Positions 14,224 to 24,394 are shown, counted from the first letter of the stretch. The stretch: 39,840 nucleotides of DNA from Pseudomonadota bacterium (GCA_043825875.1 JBDRRF010000009.1:1-39840); one strand, 5' to 3'. A program made the numbers and translations. Notes: a model not told the origin generated them from the letters alone.

Positions 14224-14325
14224 ATGCTGGAAGAACCTGACACTTAAAGTCAGAGAGACAGGTCAGGAAAAGGCAAGGCACCTCTAACATAGATGATACG
14301 ATGTATCCGCTAAATCAGGAGAAGA

Positions 14326-14505
14326 TTATTGTGTGCCGGCAGTCTCTAAAAACCAGCATTCGCTCCAGTTAAACCAGTACTCCTTCCGGGCAGATGTTAT
14401 TTTGATAATGAAACTATTAGAACTATCGGCACCCTTATAGGTCGCATCTTTAATTTCCATAGGCGGAAGGCTCTTGTCCTTCCAATGAACAATTATTGTA
14501 GCCAT
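14326..14505 (-). CDS. 59-aa small protein, below the ORF-track cut-off
   Basis: MATIIVHWKDKSLPPMEIKDATYKGADSSNSFIIKITSARKEYWFNWSECWFLETAGTQ*; AGGAG RBS 9 nt upstream. Confidence 0.65.
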   Translation of the reverse strand: MATIIVHWKDKSLPPMEIKDATYKGADSSNSFIIKITSARKEYWFNWSECWFLETAGTQ

Positions 14506-14539
14506 GACATTTATCTCCTGTTCTGATTGTCACTCAACA

Positions 14540-14681
14540 GAGCCAGTTTCAAAACGCCCTATTTTGGCCGATCTCTGCGTTGGGCTCAAATTTCAATCCT
14601 CGAAATACTAAATGTATTCCTGTGGTTGAAATTTTCGCCCGCCTTGAGCTTGACCAAACTGGAACGTTTTGAAAGTGGCTC
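14540..14681 (+). mobile_element. 142-bp MITE, copy 2
   Basis: TIRs GAGCCAGTTTCAAAACG / CGTTTTGAAAGTGGCTC; AACA target duplication (14536-14539, 14682-14685). Confidence 0.92.
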
Positions 14682-14778
14682 AACATATTGTAATATTTTT
14701 CTTCCTTATTGACAATTGACTGGGCCTTCGTAAATGACCCAGTCTCATTAATTTTTAATTGCCGAATAGTTAAATGTT

Positions 14779-15846
14779 TTAGTTTCGCATCCTGTCTGCA
14801 GGGTTTACGCCTTCACTCAGGAGAAGTACTTCAACTCTTCTGTTTTGCTTACGTCCATCAATGGTGCCATTATCAGCGGTTGCGTATTCTTCACCATAGC
14901 CCTTCATCGTGATTCTTTCGGGATTGATCCCCTTGTCGGTCAGTTTTGCCCCTACCGCATCGGCGCGCTGTTCAGAAAGAGCAATGTTCATCTTCTCCTT
15001 CCCTACGCTGTCCGTATATCCCTCAACCAATACGTTGACACGCGGATATTTATTCATAAACGCAACGAGTTTATCTATGTTGTAATCAGCCTTCGGAGAC
15101 AAAGCGACTCTGCCGGTGGAAAATAAAACATCTCCTAACGTCACGACTACACCCCGGTCTGTTTGCCTGACCATAAGTTTGGAAAGCTCTCTGATATACA
15201 TCTTGTTTTCAGCTTTTTCTTTTTCCGCTTTCCGTGCTTTAGCCTCAGCATCCATTTTATCTCTTTCCGTTTGCGCCAAAACAAGTGTCCTGTTCTCGGC
15301 CTCCATCTCAGCCTCTTTCAACTCAAGGGATTTGGCATCGACTTCTCCTTCTGCTATCCGTGCTTGAGCTTCCGCATCCATTTTATCTCTTTCGGTCTGT
15401 GCCAAAACAACAGCACTATCCTTGGCATCCATTTTAGCCTCTTTCAGCTCAAAGGATTTGGCATCGACCTGCCTCTTTGTTTGAAGAACAAGCCGATCCT
15501 TTTGCCTGCTGTAGGCTTCTTCTTCTTTCTCTGCTAACTTCCCTTCTGTAATGGCTTTGGCAATTTGTGTCTTCCTCTCTGCCAGATAGGCCTGGTGATC
15601 AATCTCTTTATAATCTGAGGCCAGCTCCCCGGCCTTGATGGCATCGCCGGCTTCCGTCAGATGCCCCTGGCCGTAGTTTGTTACATATTGATTCGACTCT
15701 GCCTGAGCAAGACTATTTCGGGCACGGTCTAAATGGTCTTTGGCCATCATTTGATTATGGGATGGTCCGCATCCTGCCACGAGGGAAATGATCAGCACGA
15801 GTAGGCCACAGCTTTTCTTTACTACTGTATATTTAATATCAGTCAT
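14779..15846 (-). CDS. OmpA-family lipoprotein (DUF4398 + coiled coil + OmpA C-terminal domain)
   Basis: Lipobox VAGC; QTDRGVVVTLGDVLF; EGYTDSVG..LSEQRA..NRRVEV. Confidence 0.9.
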   Translation of the reverse strand: MTDIKYTVVKKSCGLLVLIISLVAGCGPSHNQMMAKDHLDRARNSLAQAESNQYVTNYGQGHLTEAGDAIKAGELASDYKEIDHQAYLAERKTQIAKAITEGKLAEKEEEAYSRQKDRLVLQTKRQVDAKSFELKEAKMDAKDSAVVLAQTERDKMDAEAQARIAEGEVDAKSLELKEAEMEAENRTLVLAQTERDKMDAEAKARKAEKEKAENKMYIRELSKLMVRQTDRGVVVTLGDVLFSTGRVALSPKADYNIDKLVAFMNKYPRVNVLVEGYTDSVGKEKMNIALSEQRADAVGAKLTDKGINPERITMKGYGEEYATADNGTIDGRKQNRRVEVLLLSEGVNPADRMRN

Positions 15847-15870
15847 GTATATTATCTCCTTATAAAGTTA

Positions 15871-16272
15871 TTATTCGGCGGGCATACGCTCAACTTCGTG
15901 TCGCAGTGCATTGATGTTTTCTCTACTCATTTCTGTTGCTTTTTTCTCTTTCATAGATATGGCCTTAACACGTGCATAATCCGCATCAACCGAAGCCTGT
16001 TCAGATAAACGGGTAGCCGTTTCGTAATCATCATTTTCCAAAGCTTTCCCGGCTCCCGCCAGCTTGTCTGTCGCCAATTCAAGAGCAGCAGGAGCAATGA
16101 TTGCTGCATTACTCTCCCTGGCAATACTGATGGCTTTCTCACCCTCGGAAAATTTCGTAGTCGAAGTCTCACGGGTAAATGTTGATGCGCACCCACTGAC
16201 TATCAGCGATGCGAGGGCAATTATGCCCATGATAAAGAACAAGGGCTGTAGATTTCTTATATTAACGTTCAT
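15871..16272 (-). CDS. DUF4398 lipoprotein
   Basis: Lipobox VSGC; APAALELATDKL...ATRLSEQASVDADYA; lies upstream of the OmpA gene as is typical. Confidence 0.85.
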   Translation of the reverse strand: MNVNIRNLQPLFFIMGIIALASLIVSGCASTFTRETSTTKFSEGEKAISIARESNAAIIAPAALELATDKLAGAGKALENDDYETATRLSEQASVDADYARVKAISMKEKKATEMSRENINALRHEVERMPAE

Positions 16273-16378
16273 TTTCTTCTCCTTTTCTAAGATTCATCTG
16301 ATAAACATTTCCATCTCCGGAACCGTTCCTTGGATTTGTACAACTTGTAATTAAAGTAGCAGATATCAGTTTTAAATT

Positions 16379-16480
16379 CCCTCCCCATCGATGGGGGATG
16401 GCTATGGTGGGGGTGAAAGAAAGAATAATCCACCTTATTATTCCCCCTTCACCCTGGCCCTCTCCCACAAGGGGAGAGGG
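16379..16480. repeat. REP/REPIN-like inverted pair of the CCCTCTCCC-N-GGGAGAGGG type
   Basis: TCACCCTGGCCCTCTCCCACAAGGGGAGAGGG (~16449-16480) and a degenerate inverted partner at 16379-16416. Confidence 0.55.
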
Positions 16481-16612
16481 AAAAAGTATTATTATTTTTT
16501 AATGCCCCTCTTTGGGGGGCTTCTTGAGGTTAGCCGCTCTGCGGGTAGATTTTTACTATAAGCCGACGATTGTTTGGTGATTTCTATCAATAACAGGCTG
16601 GGATTTAGGTGC

Positions 16613-17071
16613 TTATGAGTTTTTAAAACGAGCAATTACTTTGTCATAATCATCTCTCAGCTCATCTACTGCCTTGTCCATTCCCGATTTCACGTCATCC
16701 CAGGTTTCCCCGCTTGCTGACTTGAGCTCATTGAATTTTTCTGAAGCCGATTTTTTCTTCTTTTCTAATATAGCTATCTGATGGTTGTATTCATCCCTGG
16801 CATCATCTTTGAGCTCCATAGCCCCAGCTTTGAGTTTATCAATTTTTTGATCATAAGCTTTAAGATCGGCGTCGATTTGTTTCTGGTAAGCCTCTTTCTT
16901 CTGTTCGGTATACGCCACAACAGTATTCAAAGCTTCTTTGGATTCCTTTTTTACATCCTGCGCGGTTACCATTGATTCGGGTTCCTTTGCTTGATCCTGA
17001 TTGTTGCAAGCTGAAAAAAATAGTGAACTTACGAAGAGAGAGACAATAATAACCAAAGATTTCATTTTCAT
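16613..17071 (-). CDS. Coiled-coil lipoprotein, hypothetical
   Basis: Lipobox FSAC; Lys/Glu-rich helices; LKSASGETWDDVKSGMDKA motif; GGAG RBS. Confidence 0.8.
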   Translation of the reverse strand: MKMKSLVIIVSLFVSSLFFSACNNQDQAKEPESMVTAQDVKKESKEALNTVVAYTEQKKEAYQKQIDADLKAYDQKIDKLKAGAMELKDDARDEYNHQIAILEKKKKSASEKFNELKSASGETWDDVKSGMDKAVDELRDDYDKVIARFKNS

Positions 17072-17146
17072 TTTTTAACTCCTTTTAGTGATACAGAAAT
17101 AATATATAGCGTAATGAATAGTAACGAAAAATAAATTAAATATTGA

Positions 17147-18628
17147 TTATTTATCCTTTTTAGACTCAGTCCACTCTTCCAATTTACGGGCGGCAACATC
17201 ACGTCCACCGATACCAAAGGCTATGGCAGCCGCTACAGCTATTGCTCCTAAAATCAGACCGAAGGCCAGATTGATTATCTCGTTGGCTAAACCCATATGA
17301 CGGATTGCTATAGAGCCTGCCAGTATCAGGATTGCCACACGAGCCACGACTGACATCAGGCCCGCTTGAGCAGTTCCACTTGCCTGTATAGCCTTAGATG
17401 CCACATTCGCCAGGTACAGACCGATAACGATAATGATCAGACCCAACAGTATATGACCACCAAAGACAACAAGCTCTTCCATCAGATAAGAGAGCGATTT
17501 AAAGCCTATCAAATCAGATGCTTCAAATACTGCGATAAGCATAATCGTTATCAGCACCAGGTAGCCTGCTATTTCGGAAAGAGTTCTCTTTCCTTTTTCA
17601 GGTTCTTTACCTATGCCTAGGCGAAGAAGAATTGAGTTGAATCCAATGCCGGTCATGAGTTCGGTGATAAATCCTGAAACTACTTTCCCGACCACATAGG
17701 CAATTGTTATGACTAACACAGCAGCAAATATAGCCGGAAGCGCCCCCATGATCAGGTTCAACATGTTGCTGGCCGGTTGGGTGATAGAGTCCAGAGCTAG
17801 TGCATTAAGTGCGGCAATCATCACCGGGATAAGGATGAGTATGTAGACAATCAAGGCGATCATTTTGGACAGAGAAGTTACTTTTATCCGATCACTGAAT
17901 TTGTCCAGGCCGGTGGCAGCCAGCAGGGTACTCACAAGTTGTCTTACGATACGGGCAACGAACCAACCGATTACCCCGATCACACCAGCCGCCAGGATAT
18001 TGGGCAAGAAAGCTAAAAATTTGTCCAGCATACTCTGTACCGGATTGAGCAAGCCCTCAAGATTCAGTGCGCCTAACACCGCAGGTAGAAACAGCAAAAA
18101 GATCAGCCAATATATTACATCGCCGACCGTTTTTGTCAGTGGTACCCGCTTAGTTTGTTCATCGCTAATCCGGCCTCCTATCCGCTCGTCAAATTTTGCA
18201 ACATCCATCACCTTTGTGATGGCCAGGCGTGATACGGCTGCTGTTATCCAGGCAAGAAGCAGTAAAATACCCGCCCCAAGCAACCGGGGAAGAAATTGGA
18301 AAATATGATTCATAAGTTGCTCCAGAGGATCTATTACCATGGTGAGTCGTAATGCCTCGAAAAAGGCAATGAGTACCAAAACCATGATAAGCCAGAACAG
18401 GCCCCTGCCTATCACCTGGGCTGCGCTTTTCCCTTTACTTTCTTCTTCGCCCATGGCGCCTGAGATTTTACCGGCCAACCTTGTGCGCTGAAGTACATTG
18501 CGGACGACGGTAGATAAGATTAAAGCAACTAACCAACCGGCAATCAGGATGGCCAGGGCGCCGATAAGGTTAGGCAAATAATCAATAATCGATCCGATGA
18601 TCTGGTTTAACATATCTTTTCCTTGCAT
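17147..18628 (-). CDS. Multi-pass conserved TM-helix repeat protein (CmpX/mechanosensitive-channel-associated)
   Basis: Repeated (Y/F)LPxLxGAxxILxxGW units; C-terminal AIAFGIGGRDVA. Confidence 0.85.
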   Translation of the reverse strand: MQGKDMLNQIIGSIIDYLPNLIGALAILIAGWLVALILSTVVRNVLQRTRLAGKISGAMGEEESKGKSAAQVIGRGLFWLIMVLVLIAFFEALRLTMVIDPLEQLMNHIFQFLPRLLGAGILLLLAWITAAVSRLAITKVMDVAKFDERIGGRISDEQTKRVPLTKTVGDVIYWLIFLLFLPAVLGALNLEGLLNPVQSMLDKFLAFLPNILAAGVIGVIGWFVARIVRQLVSTLLAATGLDKFSDRIKVTSLSKMIALIVYILILIPVMIAALNALALDSITQPASNMLNLIMGALPAIFAAVLVITIAYVVGKVVSGFITELMTGIGFNSILLRLGIGKEPEKGKRTLSEIAGYLVLITIMLIAVFEASDLIGFKSLSYLMEELVVFGGHILLGLIIIVIGLYLANVASKAIQASGTAQAGLMSVVARVAILILAGSIAIRHMGLANEIINLAFGLILGAIAVAAAIAFGIGGRDVAARKLEEWTESKKDK

Positions 18629-18836
18629 CTTAGTATCTCCTTTATTTTGTTGTGACTAATATCTAATTGTGACAATGGTAAAAAACCAATCTAAAAAGAA
18701 AAATGGATTTGACCATTTTGACACTCCTCTCGATTTCATCCACATTATCGACGGGCCTTTTGAGAAGTAAATAAGCAGCTCAAGTGAACAACACCGTGGT
18801 AAGCTTCGACACTGAAAAGATTATATCACTATAATT

Positions 18837-18985
18837 GCAAAGAGCCTGCCAATACCCGGAGAAGAATTATAAGTTTGATTTTATCCTTTAATAACAGGAA
18901 AATATATTAACAGGCGATAACAGTCTAAAAGTATGAAACGATCCGTTTGGCCTCAATATATGGTGGAACATCAGTATATTGATGG
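18837..18985 (-). promoter_or_regulatory. Sigma54 promoter cassette copy 2
   Basis: TTGGCAGGCTCTTTGCA (18837-18850); element CCTCAATATATGGTGGAACATCAGTATATTGATGG at 18951-18985. Confidence 0.87.
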
Positions 18986-19089
18986 GTGTAAAGAGAATGT
19001 CCGGGCTAACCCCCCCGTTATCCCTCATAAGCGCTAAGTTAATTAATATATAACAACTATTGTCACATCAACGATGAAATGTACCAACC

Positions 19090-19163
19090 TGTCATTTCGA
19101 CCAACGGGAGAAATCTTTATAAATCTCTTAAAAGCAAGATCTCTCTTTTTAGTCGAGATGACA
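19090..19163. repeat. Palindromic REP-like element (TGTCATTTCGAC...GTCGAGATGACA)
   Basis: Inverted outer arms 19090-19101 and 19152-19163 with inner GAGAAATCT / AGATCTCTC arms. Confidence 0.6.
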
Positions 19164-19200
19164 ATTGATGCATGACACATCACTATATGAAAGTAATTTG

Positions 19201-19296
19201 AATATCGAATATAGAACAAGGAATAATGAATATCGAAGGAAGATAAAAGGTATGATATCGAAGAACGTTTGATAGATTTTGCTGTGTGAATAATCA
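19201..19296 (+). pseudogene. Remnant of a four-helix-bundle (23S rRNA IVP-like) gene with upstream heptamer repeats
   Basis: Heptamers AATATCG AATATAG AACAAGG AATAATG AATATCG, then a frame reading KRYDIEERLIDFAV*II. Confidence 0.55.
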
Positions 19297-19610
19297 AATC
19301 GGGTCATTAACAAAAACAAAAAATGGCCCGGTTTGAGTAAAATTGGACACCCTGTTTTTATATCGAGCTAATGAGAAGATTAGCTCAATAAGCCCGATTC
19401 GGATTATCTGAAGTTCTTTTATTGCGAGGGGAAAGCTTTATCTGTTTTTATCGTTGACTCATAAACATCAATGCTTGATTTGTAAACTTTCGATACAATG
19501 TTATGAGTCAACGATTCCTGTTAAATTATACTTTACCTTAATCACCCTCCGGGTAATATGTATTTGGAACACTTTATTATCTCGCAGAACGATAAAGCAC
19601 AGTCAGGAAA

Positions 19611-20675
19611 TTATTGTGGGGTTTCCTCAGTATTGGAAATTATTATTTCCACACGGCGATTTTGCTGCCGGCCGACAGAGGTATCATTGCCTGCCACAGG
19701 ATAGACCTCGCCCTTGCCTATAGTCTGAATTCGTGCCTGTTCAATCCCACTTGCAACAAGGGCATCTCGAACAGCATCAGCGCGTCGCTGCGAAAGGCCC
19801 AGATTATAAGTGTCGCTTCCTCTGCTATCGGTGTGCCCTTCAATTGTAACCATTCGCTCGGTGTGCTTCTTAAGAAACTCTGCGAGTTGGTCTATAGTGC
19901 GCATAGCTCCGGGTTGAAGGTTTGCCTTGTTGTTGGCAAAAAGCACATCGCCTAAAGTGAGCACAATGCCCCGGTCGGTCTGCTTCGCCTGAAGCTCATC
20001 AATCTCCGCTTTAAGCTCTGCTGCTTTTTTCCGGGCTTGTTCAGCCTCAAGAGCCATCGCTTGAGCTTCCTGTTTTGCCAATTCAAGCCGATTTGTTTGT
20101 TCTTCAGCTATCTTTCTGGCTTGCTCTATTTCCTGAAGCCGGGTTTGAGCTTCCTGTTTTGCCAGCTCAAGCTGTTTCATTTGTTCCAAAGCTTCCTGCT
20201 GTTTCATTGCAAGTTGTTGAGTTTTTTCTGTTGCCATCATGTTGGCTTGCTCTGCTTTCTTAGCGCTGGCATCGGCTTTAATATTGGCCTGCTTAGCTTC
20301 CATGCTGCGATTCTCCATCAGTATACGATTCCGCTCCTGATTAAGCCTCTCAACCTCAGATTCAGCCTTTTTTTGTTTCGCCATAGCCACAGCGATCTGA
20401 ACCTGCCTTTCGGCAAGATAAGCTTTCTGGTCTATATCTTGCATTTCCTTAGCTGCCTCAGCACTTTCCAGTGCCTTCTTGGCGTCATACATGGGCACTT
20501 GTGCATTAGCTACTATTTCAGGATTAGCGCTTGCATCAGAGTAAGCGGTGCGGGCACGTTCCAGTGCCTCGTTTGTCTTGGGAGTTGAAGCGCAACCAAG
20601 CATCATGCTTGTTGTCATCGTCACAATCATAAAAAACCCCAGATAGATTTTTACATTTTTCTTTGTTTTCACCAT
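19611..20675 (-). CDS. OmpA-family lipoprotein (DUF4398 + coiled coil + OmpA C-terminal domain)
   Basis: Lipobox MLGC; QTDRGIVLTLGDVLF; EGHTDSRG..LSQRRA..NRRVEI. Confidence 0.92.
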   Translation of the reverse strand: MVKTKKNVKIYLGFFMIVTMTTSMMLGCASTPKTNEALERARTAYSDASANPEIVANAQVPMYDAKKALESAEAAKEMQDIDQKAYLAERQVQIAVAMAKQKKAESEVERLNQERNRILMENRSMEAKQANIKADASAKKAEQANMMATEKTQQLAMKQQEALEQMKQLELAKQEAQTRLQEIEQARKIAEEQTNRLELAKQEAQAMALEAEQARKKAAELKAEIDELQAKQTDRGIVLTLGDVLFANNKANLQPGAMRTIDQLAEFLKKHTERMVTIEGHTDSRGSDTYNLGLSQRRADAVRDALVASGIEQARIQTIGKGEVYPVAGNDTSVGRQQNRRVEIIISNTEETPQ

Positions 20676-20712
20676 GGTGTGTCTCCTCCTTAATCCTTAA
20701 AACCGTTGATTT

Positions 20713-21105
20713 CTATTTTGATTGCATACGATTGATTTCTGACTGAAGGGTTTTAATGCTATCCCGAAGCTCTTCGGCGAATTTTTTCGCCTTTGCTTCG
20801 TTTGATTTTGCTCTCGCAAGAGTGGCGTCAGCTAAGGCTCTATCAGCAAGCCTCTGAGCCTTTTCATATTCTTCGTTTTCCATAGCAGCCTTTGCAGCCT
20901 TCAAATTATCCTGCGCCAATCTCAGTTCCAGCGGAGCGTATTTGTTGGCATCACTTTCTGCTGCCTGTTGAATGTTCATTTCCGTGTTTGCTATCTGACT
21001 TGTGGGTGGTACCCCAGTAGTACCACAGCCACACAAAGCTACCGAGCCCAAAATCAGGGGAACCGCAACTGCCTTTGTGATGTATTTACTTGCTTTCATA
21101 ACCAT
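20713..21105 (-). CDS. DUF4398 lipoprotein
   Basis: Lipobox LCGC; ANKYAPLELRLAQDNL...AQRLADRALADATLA. Confidence 0.9.
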   Translation of the reverse strand: MVMKASKYITKAVAVPLILGSVALCGCGTTGVPPTSQIANTEMNIQQAAESDANKYAPLELRLAQDNLKAAKAAMENEEYEKAQRLADRALADATLARAKSNEAKAKKFAEELRDSIKTLQSEINRMQSK

Positions 21106-21169
21106 TGATCCTCCTTATTATTTAATGTTTATTCATTCGCATGATTACAAGATTCATACGGCTATAGCA

Positions 21170-21318
21170 GCAAATAGTCTGCCAATAGCTGACAGAAAGT
21201 CAAAATATTGTATTAGTCATTTTATTGCTGTATGTTATATTGATAAGACAGAACAATCTAAAAGTATGAAATGATTCATTTGGCATCAATATATAGCGGA
21301 ACATCAGTATATTGATGG
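21170..21318 (-). promoter_or_regulatory. Sigma54 promoter cassette copy 3
   Basis: TTGGCAGACTATTTGCT (21170-21183); element CATCAATATATAGCGGAACATCAGTATATTGATGG at 21284-21318. Confidence 0.85.
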
Positions 21319-21341
21319 GTGTAAAGAGAAGTGCCGGGCCG

Positions 21342-22781
21342 TTATTCCTCCGGATGTGCTACTGAACCTGAATAAAATACCGGACATTCTTCATTCTGAA
21401 TGAAGTCCCACGTATCCTCCAGCGGATTTAATACAGAACCGCCAATTGATTTAAAGATATTTTCCTTTTCTATCTGCGGTTTATCGAAAGGCCCACGTAC
21501 TTTCTCTAAATAAACAGCGCACCCCTGTTTATCAAGGGCCGCAATAGTTACATCTTCAAACCGGTTTCTGATGAAGTTTAATCTCCCCTTCATGGCAATC
21601 CTCTGTTTAGTTGAGGATAGGGCTACATCAAGCGCCTCAGCAATGCCGTTTTTTACCTTCCAGACCGAGACGAGTTTTTTGACGATTCCTTTTCCACCTT
21701 GCGACTCTGCATAAAGGCTGGCAAAATGATAGCTTTTTGTGAGTAACGGTCCGAAAGGTCCAGCTAGTAAAATCGACCCAACATCAACGAGGTTAAAATT
21801 CTGACTTCGTTTGTACTTCATGATTAGAGCATCGATATCGATGCCATACAGCATAAGGTTTTCCCCATTTAAAGATAGGTTGCCGTTAAGCGATCGTTTG
21901 ATATCATCTGCGCTTTTCCCCAATGCTGTCAGGTCCGCGGAAAAGTTAATCGGCCCTTCTATGGTTTTTTTTGGGATTTTCTTATGCGAGTATTGCTGAA
22001 GAAGTTCTTCGATCCTGAACCGATTAAGAGTATATATTACCCTGTATTGTGGCAACGGCCCCGTCAGATCGACATGAATGCTTCCTTTCCCGGTACCACC
22101 GGCGATATTCATGCTGACTGGCTTGATATCGAGTATTCCATTTTCGCCTTCTGCTTTCATCGCGAGGTTCATCAGGGTGACGCTATATATCTTGAGTGTC
22201 TTGCATCGTACATTTCCGGTGAATGAGGTGCTTTTAGCTGGTTTGGTACTATCCGTCTCATTGTATGAAAGGTTTTTTAGGATCAAATCGAAGTTATTAG
22301 CTTCAATTTTCTCGCCTGATGTTTCATCCGTATAAACAAGGTTCCCCTGAGAGATAGATATAGTTTCAACAGCAAAGGGCTTTCCTGGTGGCGCGCTTCC
22401 AGGTTTAGTATAATTAAACATTCCATTTTTATACCTAACTATGGAGAAAACCGGCTGGATAAGCCAGATTCTGCTTATCTGAAAATCTTTCCTCATGAGG
22501 GGGAAGATCTTCAGACCTATCCTCATCTTCTCAATCGTAACAAAATCCAATCCCCTGTTTTGAACACTGACGTTTTGCAGCGATAGACCGAAACCTGGAA
22601 ACAAAGCGATACTCATTTTGCCTTTGACCTTGGCATCCATTCCTATAGCAGTAGATACAGTTGCCTCGATTTGCGGTTTAAAGGCTTTGATATTGAGCAG
22701 GCAAGTGAGGATACCCGCAATGAAAACAATCGTGATGACACCCGTTGTTATTAAAAGAACCTTTTTCTTATTGAGAGCCAT
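21342..22781 (-). CDS. AsmA family protein (start corrected to MALNKKK)
   Basis: N-terminal TM anchor then FKPQIEATVSTAIG..KMSIALFPGFGLSLQNV AsmA-type N-terminus; the longer ORF-track start would overlap two other genes. Confidence 0.8.
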   Translation of the reverse strand: MALNKKKVLLITTGVITIVFIAGILTCLLNIKAFKPQIEATVSTAIGMDAKVKGKMSIALFPGFGLSLQNVSVQNRGLDFVTIEKMRIGLKIFPLMRKDFQISRIWLIQPVFSIVRYKNGMFNYTKPGSAPPGKPFAVETISISQGNLVYTDETSGEKIEANNFDLILKNLSYNETDSTKPAKSTSFTGNVRCKTLKIYSVTLMNLAMKAEGENGILDIKPVSMNIAGGTGKGSIHVDLTGPLPQYRVIYTLNRFRIEELLQQYSHKKIPKKTIEGPINFSADLTALGKSADDIKRSLNGNLSLNGENLMLYGIDIDALIMKYKRSQNFNLVDVGSILLAGPFGPLLTKSYHFASLYAESQGGKGIVKKLVSVWKVKNGIAEALDVALSSTKQRIAMKGRLNFIRNRFEDVTIAALDKQGCAVYLEKVRGPFDKPQIEKENIFKSIGGSVLNPLEDTWDFIQNEECPVFYSGSVAHPEE

Positions 22782-22789
22782 GTTTCCTG

Positions 22790-23011
22790 TCAGCCCTTTT
22801 TGTTTCCCATGACAAGCAATACTATACCGCCAAAGAGTGCTACCCCTCCCACGATTGGCGGCAGAGGAAACGTTTTGGTTTTCTCGGCAGTCATCTGGAG
22901 AGGGCCGATATCGATGACATTCTCCCTGGTCGTGTAGGTGATGCCCTGATATGCGAACGCGACTATTCCGATCACAATAAGGATGATGCCTATCAATGTG
23001 TATTTTCTCAT
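22790..23011 (-). CDS. DUF3185-like small membrane protein
   Basis: GIILIVIGIVAFAYQGITYTTRENVIDIGPLQ...PLPPIVGGVAL; GGGAG RBS. Confidence 0.85.
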   Translation of the reverse strand: MRKYTLIGIILIVIGIVAFAYQGITYTTRENVIDIGPLQMTAEKTKTFPLPPIVGGVALFGGIVLLVMGNKKG

Positions 23012-23064
23012 TTTGCTCCCCCATTTCTGTCGTCAGCCCTGGTGGGTTGATAACTTTCTGCAGG

Positions 23065-23214
23065 CTACGATGATCTGCGTCCCTGAATAATGTTAACCAC
23101 CACCATGATAACAGCAATTACAAGCAATATGTGAATTAAACCTCCCATCGTGTAACTGCTCACCAGCCCCAAAAGCCATAAAATTATCAGTACCACAGCA
23201 ATCGTCCACAACAT
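23065..23214 (-). CDS. lmo0937-family small membrane protein (49 aa; not in ORF track)
   Basis: MLWTIAVVLIILWLLGLVSSYTMGGLIHILLVIAVIMVVVNIIQGRRSS*; AGGAGG RBS. Confidence 0.9.
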   Translation of the reverse strand: MLWTIAVVLIILWLLGLVSSYTMGGLIHILLVIAVIMVVVNIIQGRRSS

Positions 23215-23341
23215 AACATCCTCCTTTCAGTAGTTTATTGATAGCAATCCCTAAATCCTTATTTTGTTCGGGATAATTGTTTTCAAGGGGAAGGGACCGG
23301 ATCAACTTAAAACGTCTTTCCGGTTCCTTGCTCTCGTGCTC

Positions 23342-24394
23342 CTATTTTACAATGATTTCAAAAAGAACTCTCATGTTTGCCTTTGCTGCTTTTGAGTAAA
23401 GCTTTTTAGGCGCTACTTCGTGGACTTCCGGGCTTGTCTCCCCGTAGCCGATTGTGGAAAGCCTATCCCGTGTAATGACGCCTTCGTTAATGAGATATTC
23501 CCTGACAGCATTTGCTCTTCTTTCGCTTAACTTCTGGTTGTAGGGCTCAGTGCCGGAAGCAGAGGTATACCCTGCAATACGGATTTGAGCTTTAGGGTTT
23601 TCTTTCAGAAGCTGGATATTCCTTTTCAGTATCGTCTTCGCTTCCGGTTTGAGGATCGACTGATCGAAACCGAAATGTATGTCCTCAAAAGCAAGAATAA
23701 TGATCTTCGGCTCAACTGATGCAGCCATAACCTTCTCCTCAACCTTTGGTTCAGACGCCATGATGACGACCTTCTCCTCCTCAACCTTTTTAGGCGCTTC
23801 AACAACCTTGGGCGTTTCCTTTGCTTCTACTTTAGGTGTTTCCTTTTCGCCGCCGAATAAGAAAGATACTCCAACTGTGCATAATAAATTGTTTACGGAG
23901 TCATCCTTTCCAAGAGATCCATAAGGAAGAATGTGTCTTACATCTCCGCGTAATGCGACATTGTCTGTAATAAAGTACTTTAATCCGGCTCCGTAATTAA
24001 ATAAAAAATCGTTTTCCGCACCTCCTCTGTCCGGATTTAATGTAATTCCTCCAACACCTGCTGCAAGATAAGGAACCAGTTTGCCAAAGTTTGTTATATT
24101 ATACAGAGCATCAAATTTATAAAGAAAACCTTCTACATCTCCACCAATATTTTCGCGGCCGGAATCGATATAGTTTAATGATCCCTCAATACCCCAGTTT
24201 TTGGTTAAGTCATAACCAAGATTCAAACCGGATGTAATTCCATCGTCTAAATTCTGGTTTCCTTCAAAAAAATACCAGCCGATATTTGGTGTAACTGTAA
24301 ATGCACCTTGCCGATCTTCAGCAATGCTCAATGTCATAAATAAGGTTAGTAATAAGAAAACAGAAATTGTCAGTGTTAAGCTAATTTTTTTCAT
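23342..24394 (-). CDS. OmpA-family outer membrane protein (beta-barrel + peptidoglycan-binding domain)
   Basis: Signal peptide; beta-strands PYLAAGVGG, NYGAGLKYFIT; DIHFGFD..AGYTS..LSERRA. Confidence 0.9.
   Translation of the reverse strand: MKKISLTLTISVFLLLTLFMTLSIAEDRQGAFTVTPNIGWYFFEGNQNLDDGITSGLNLGYDLTKNWGIEGSLNYIDSGRENIGGDVEGFLYKFDALYNITNFGKLVPYLAAGVGGITLNPDRGGAENDFLFNYGAGLKYFITDNVALRGDVRHILPYGSLGKDDSVNNLLCTVGVSFLFGGEKETPKVEAKETPKVVEAPKKVEEEKVVIMASEPKVEEKVMAASVEPKIIILAFEDIHFGFDQSILKPEAKTILKRNIQLLKENPKAQIRIAGYTSASGTEPYNQKLSERRANAVREYLINEGVITRDRLSTIGYGETSPEVHEVAPKKLYSKAAKANMRVLFEIIVK

Noticed and set aside
14527..14712. 61-aa ORF across MITE copy 2, and similar ORFs over cassettes (25001-25241, 31378-31566, 34428-34643)
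   Set aside because: Incidental frames in non-coding repeats; not conserved among copies.
19321..19355. TGGCCCGGTTTGAGTAAAATTGGACACC resembling an IS3-family end
   Set aside because: No partner end or transposase fragment found.
22782..23305. N-terminal 112 aa of the 591-aa ORF and ORF 23093-23305
   Set aside because: Overlap the DUF3185-like and lmo0937-like genes in other frames; AsmA features begin at 22781.
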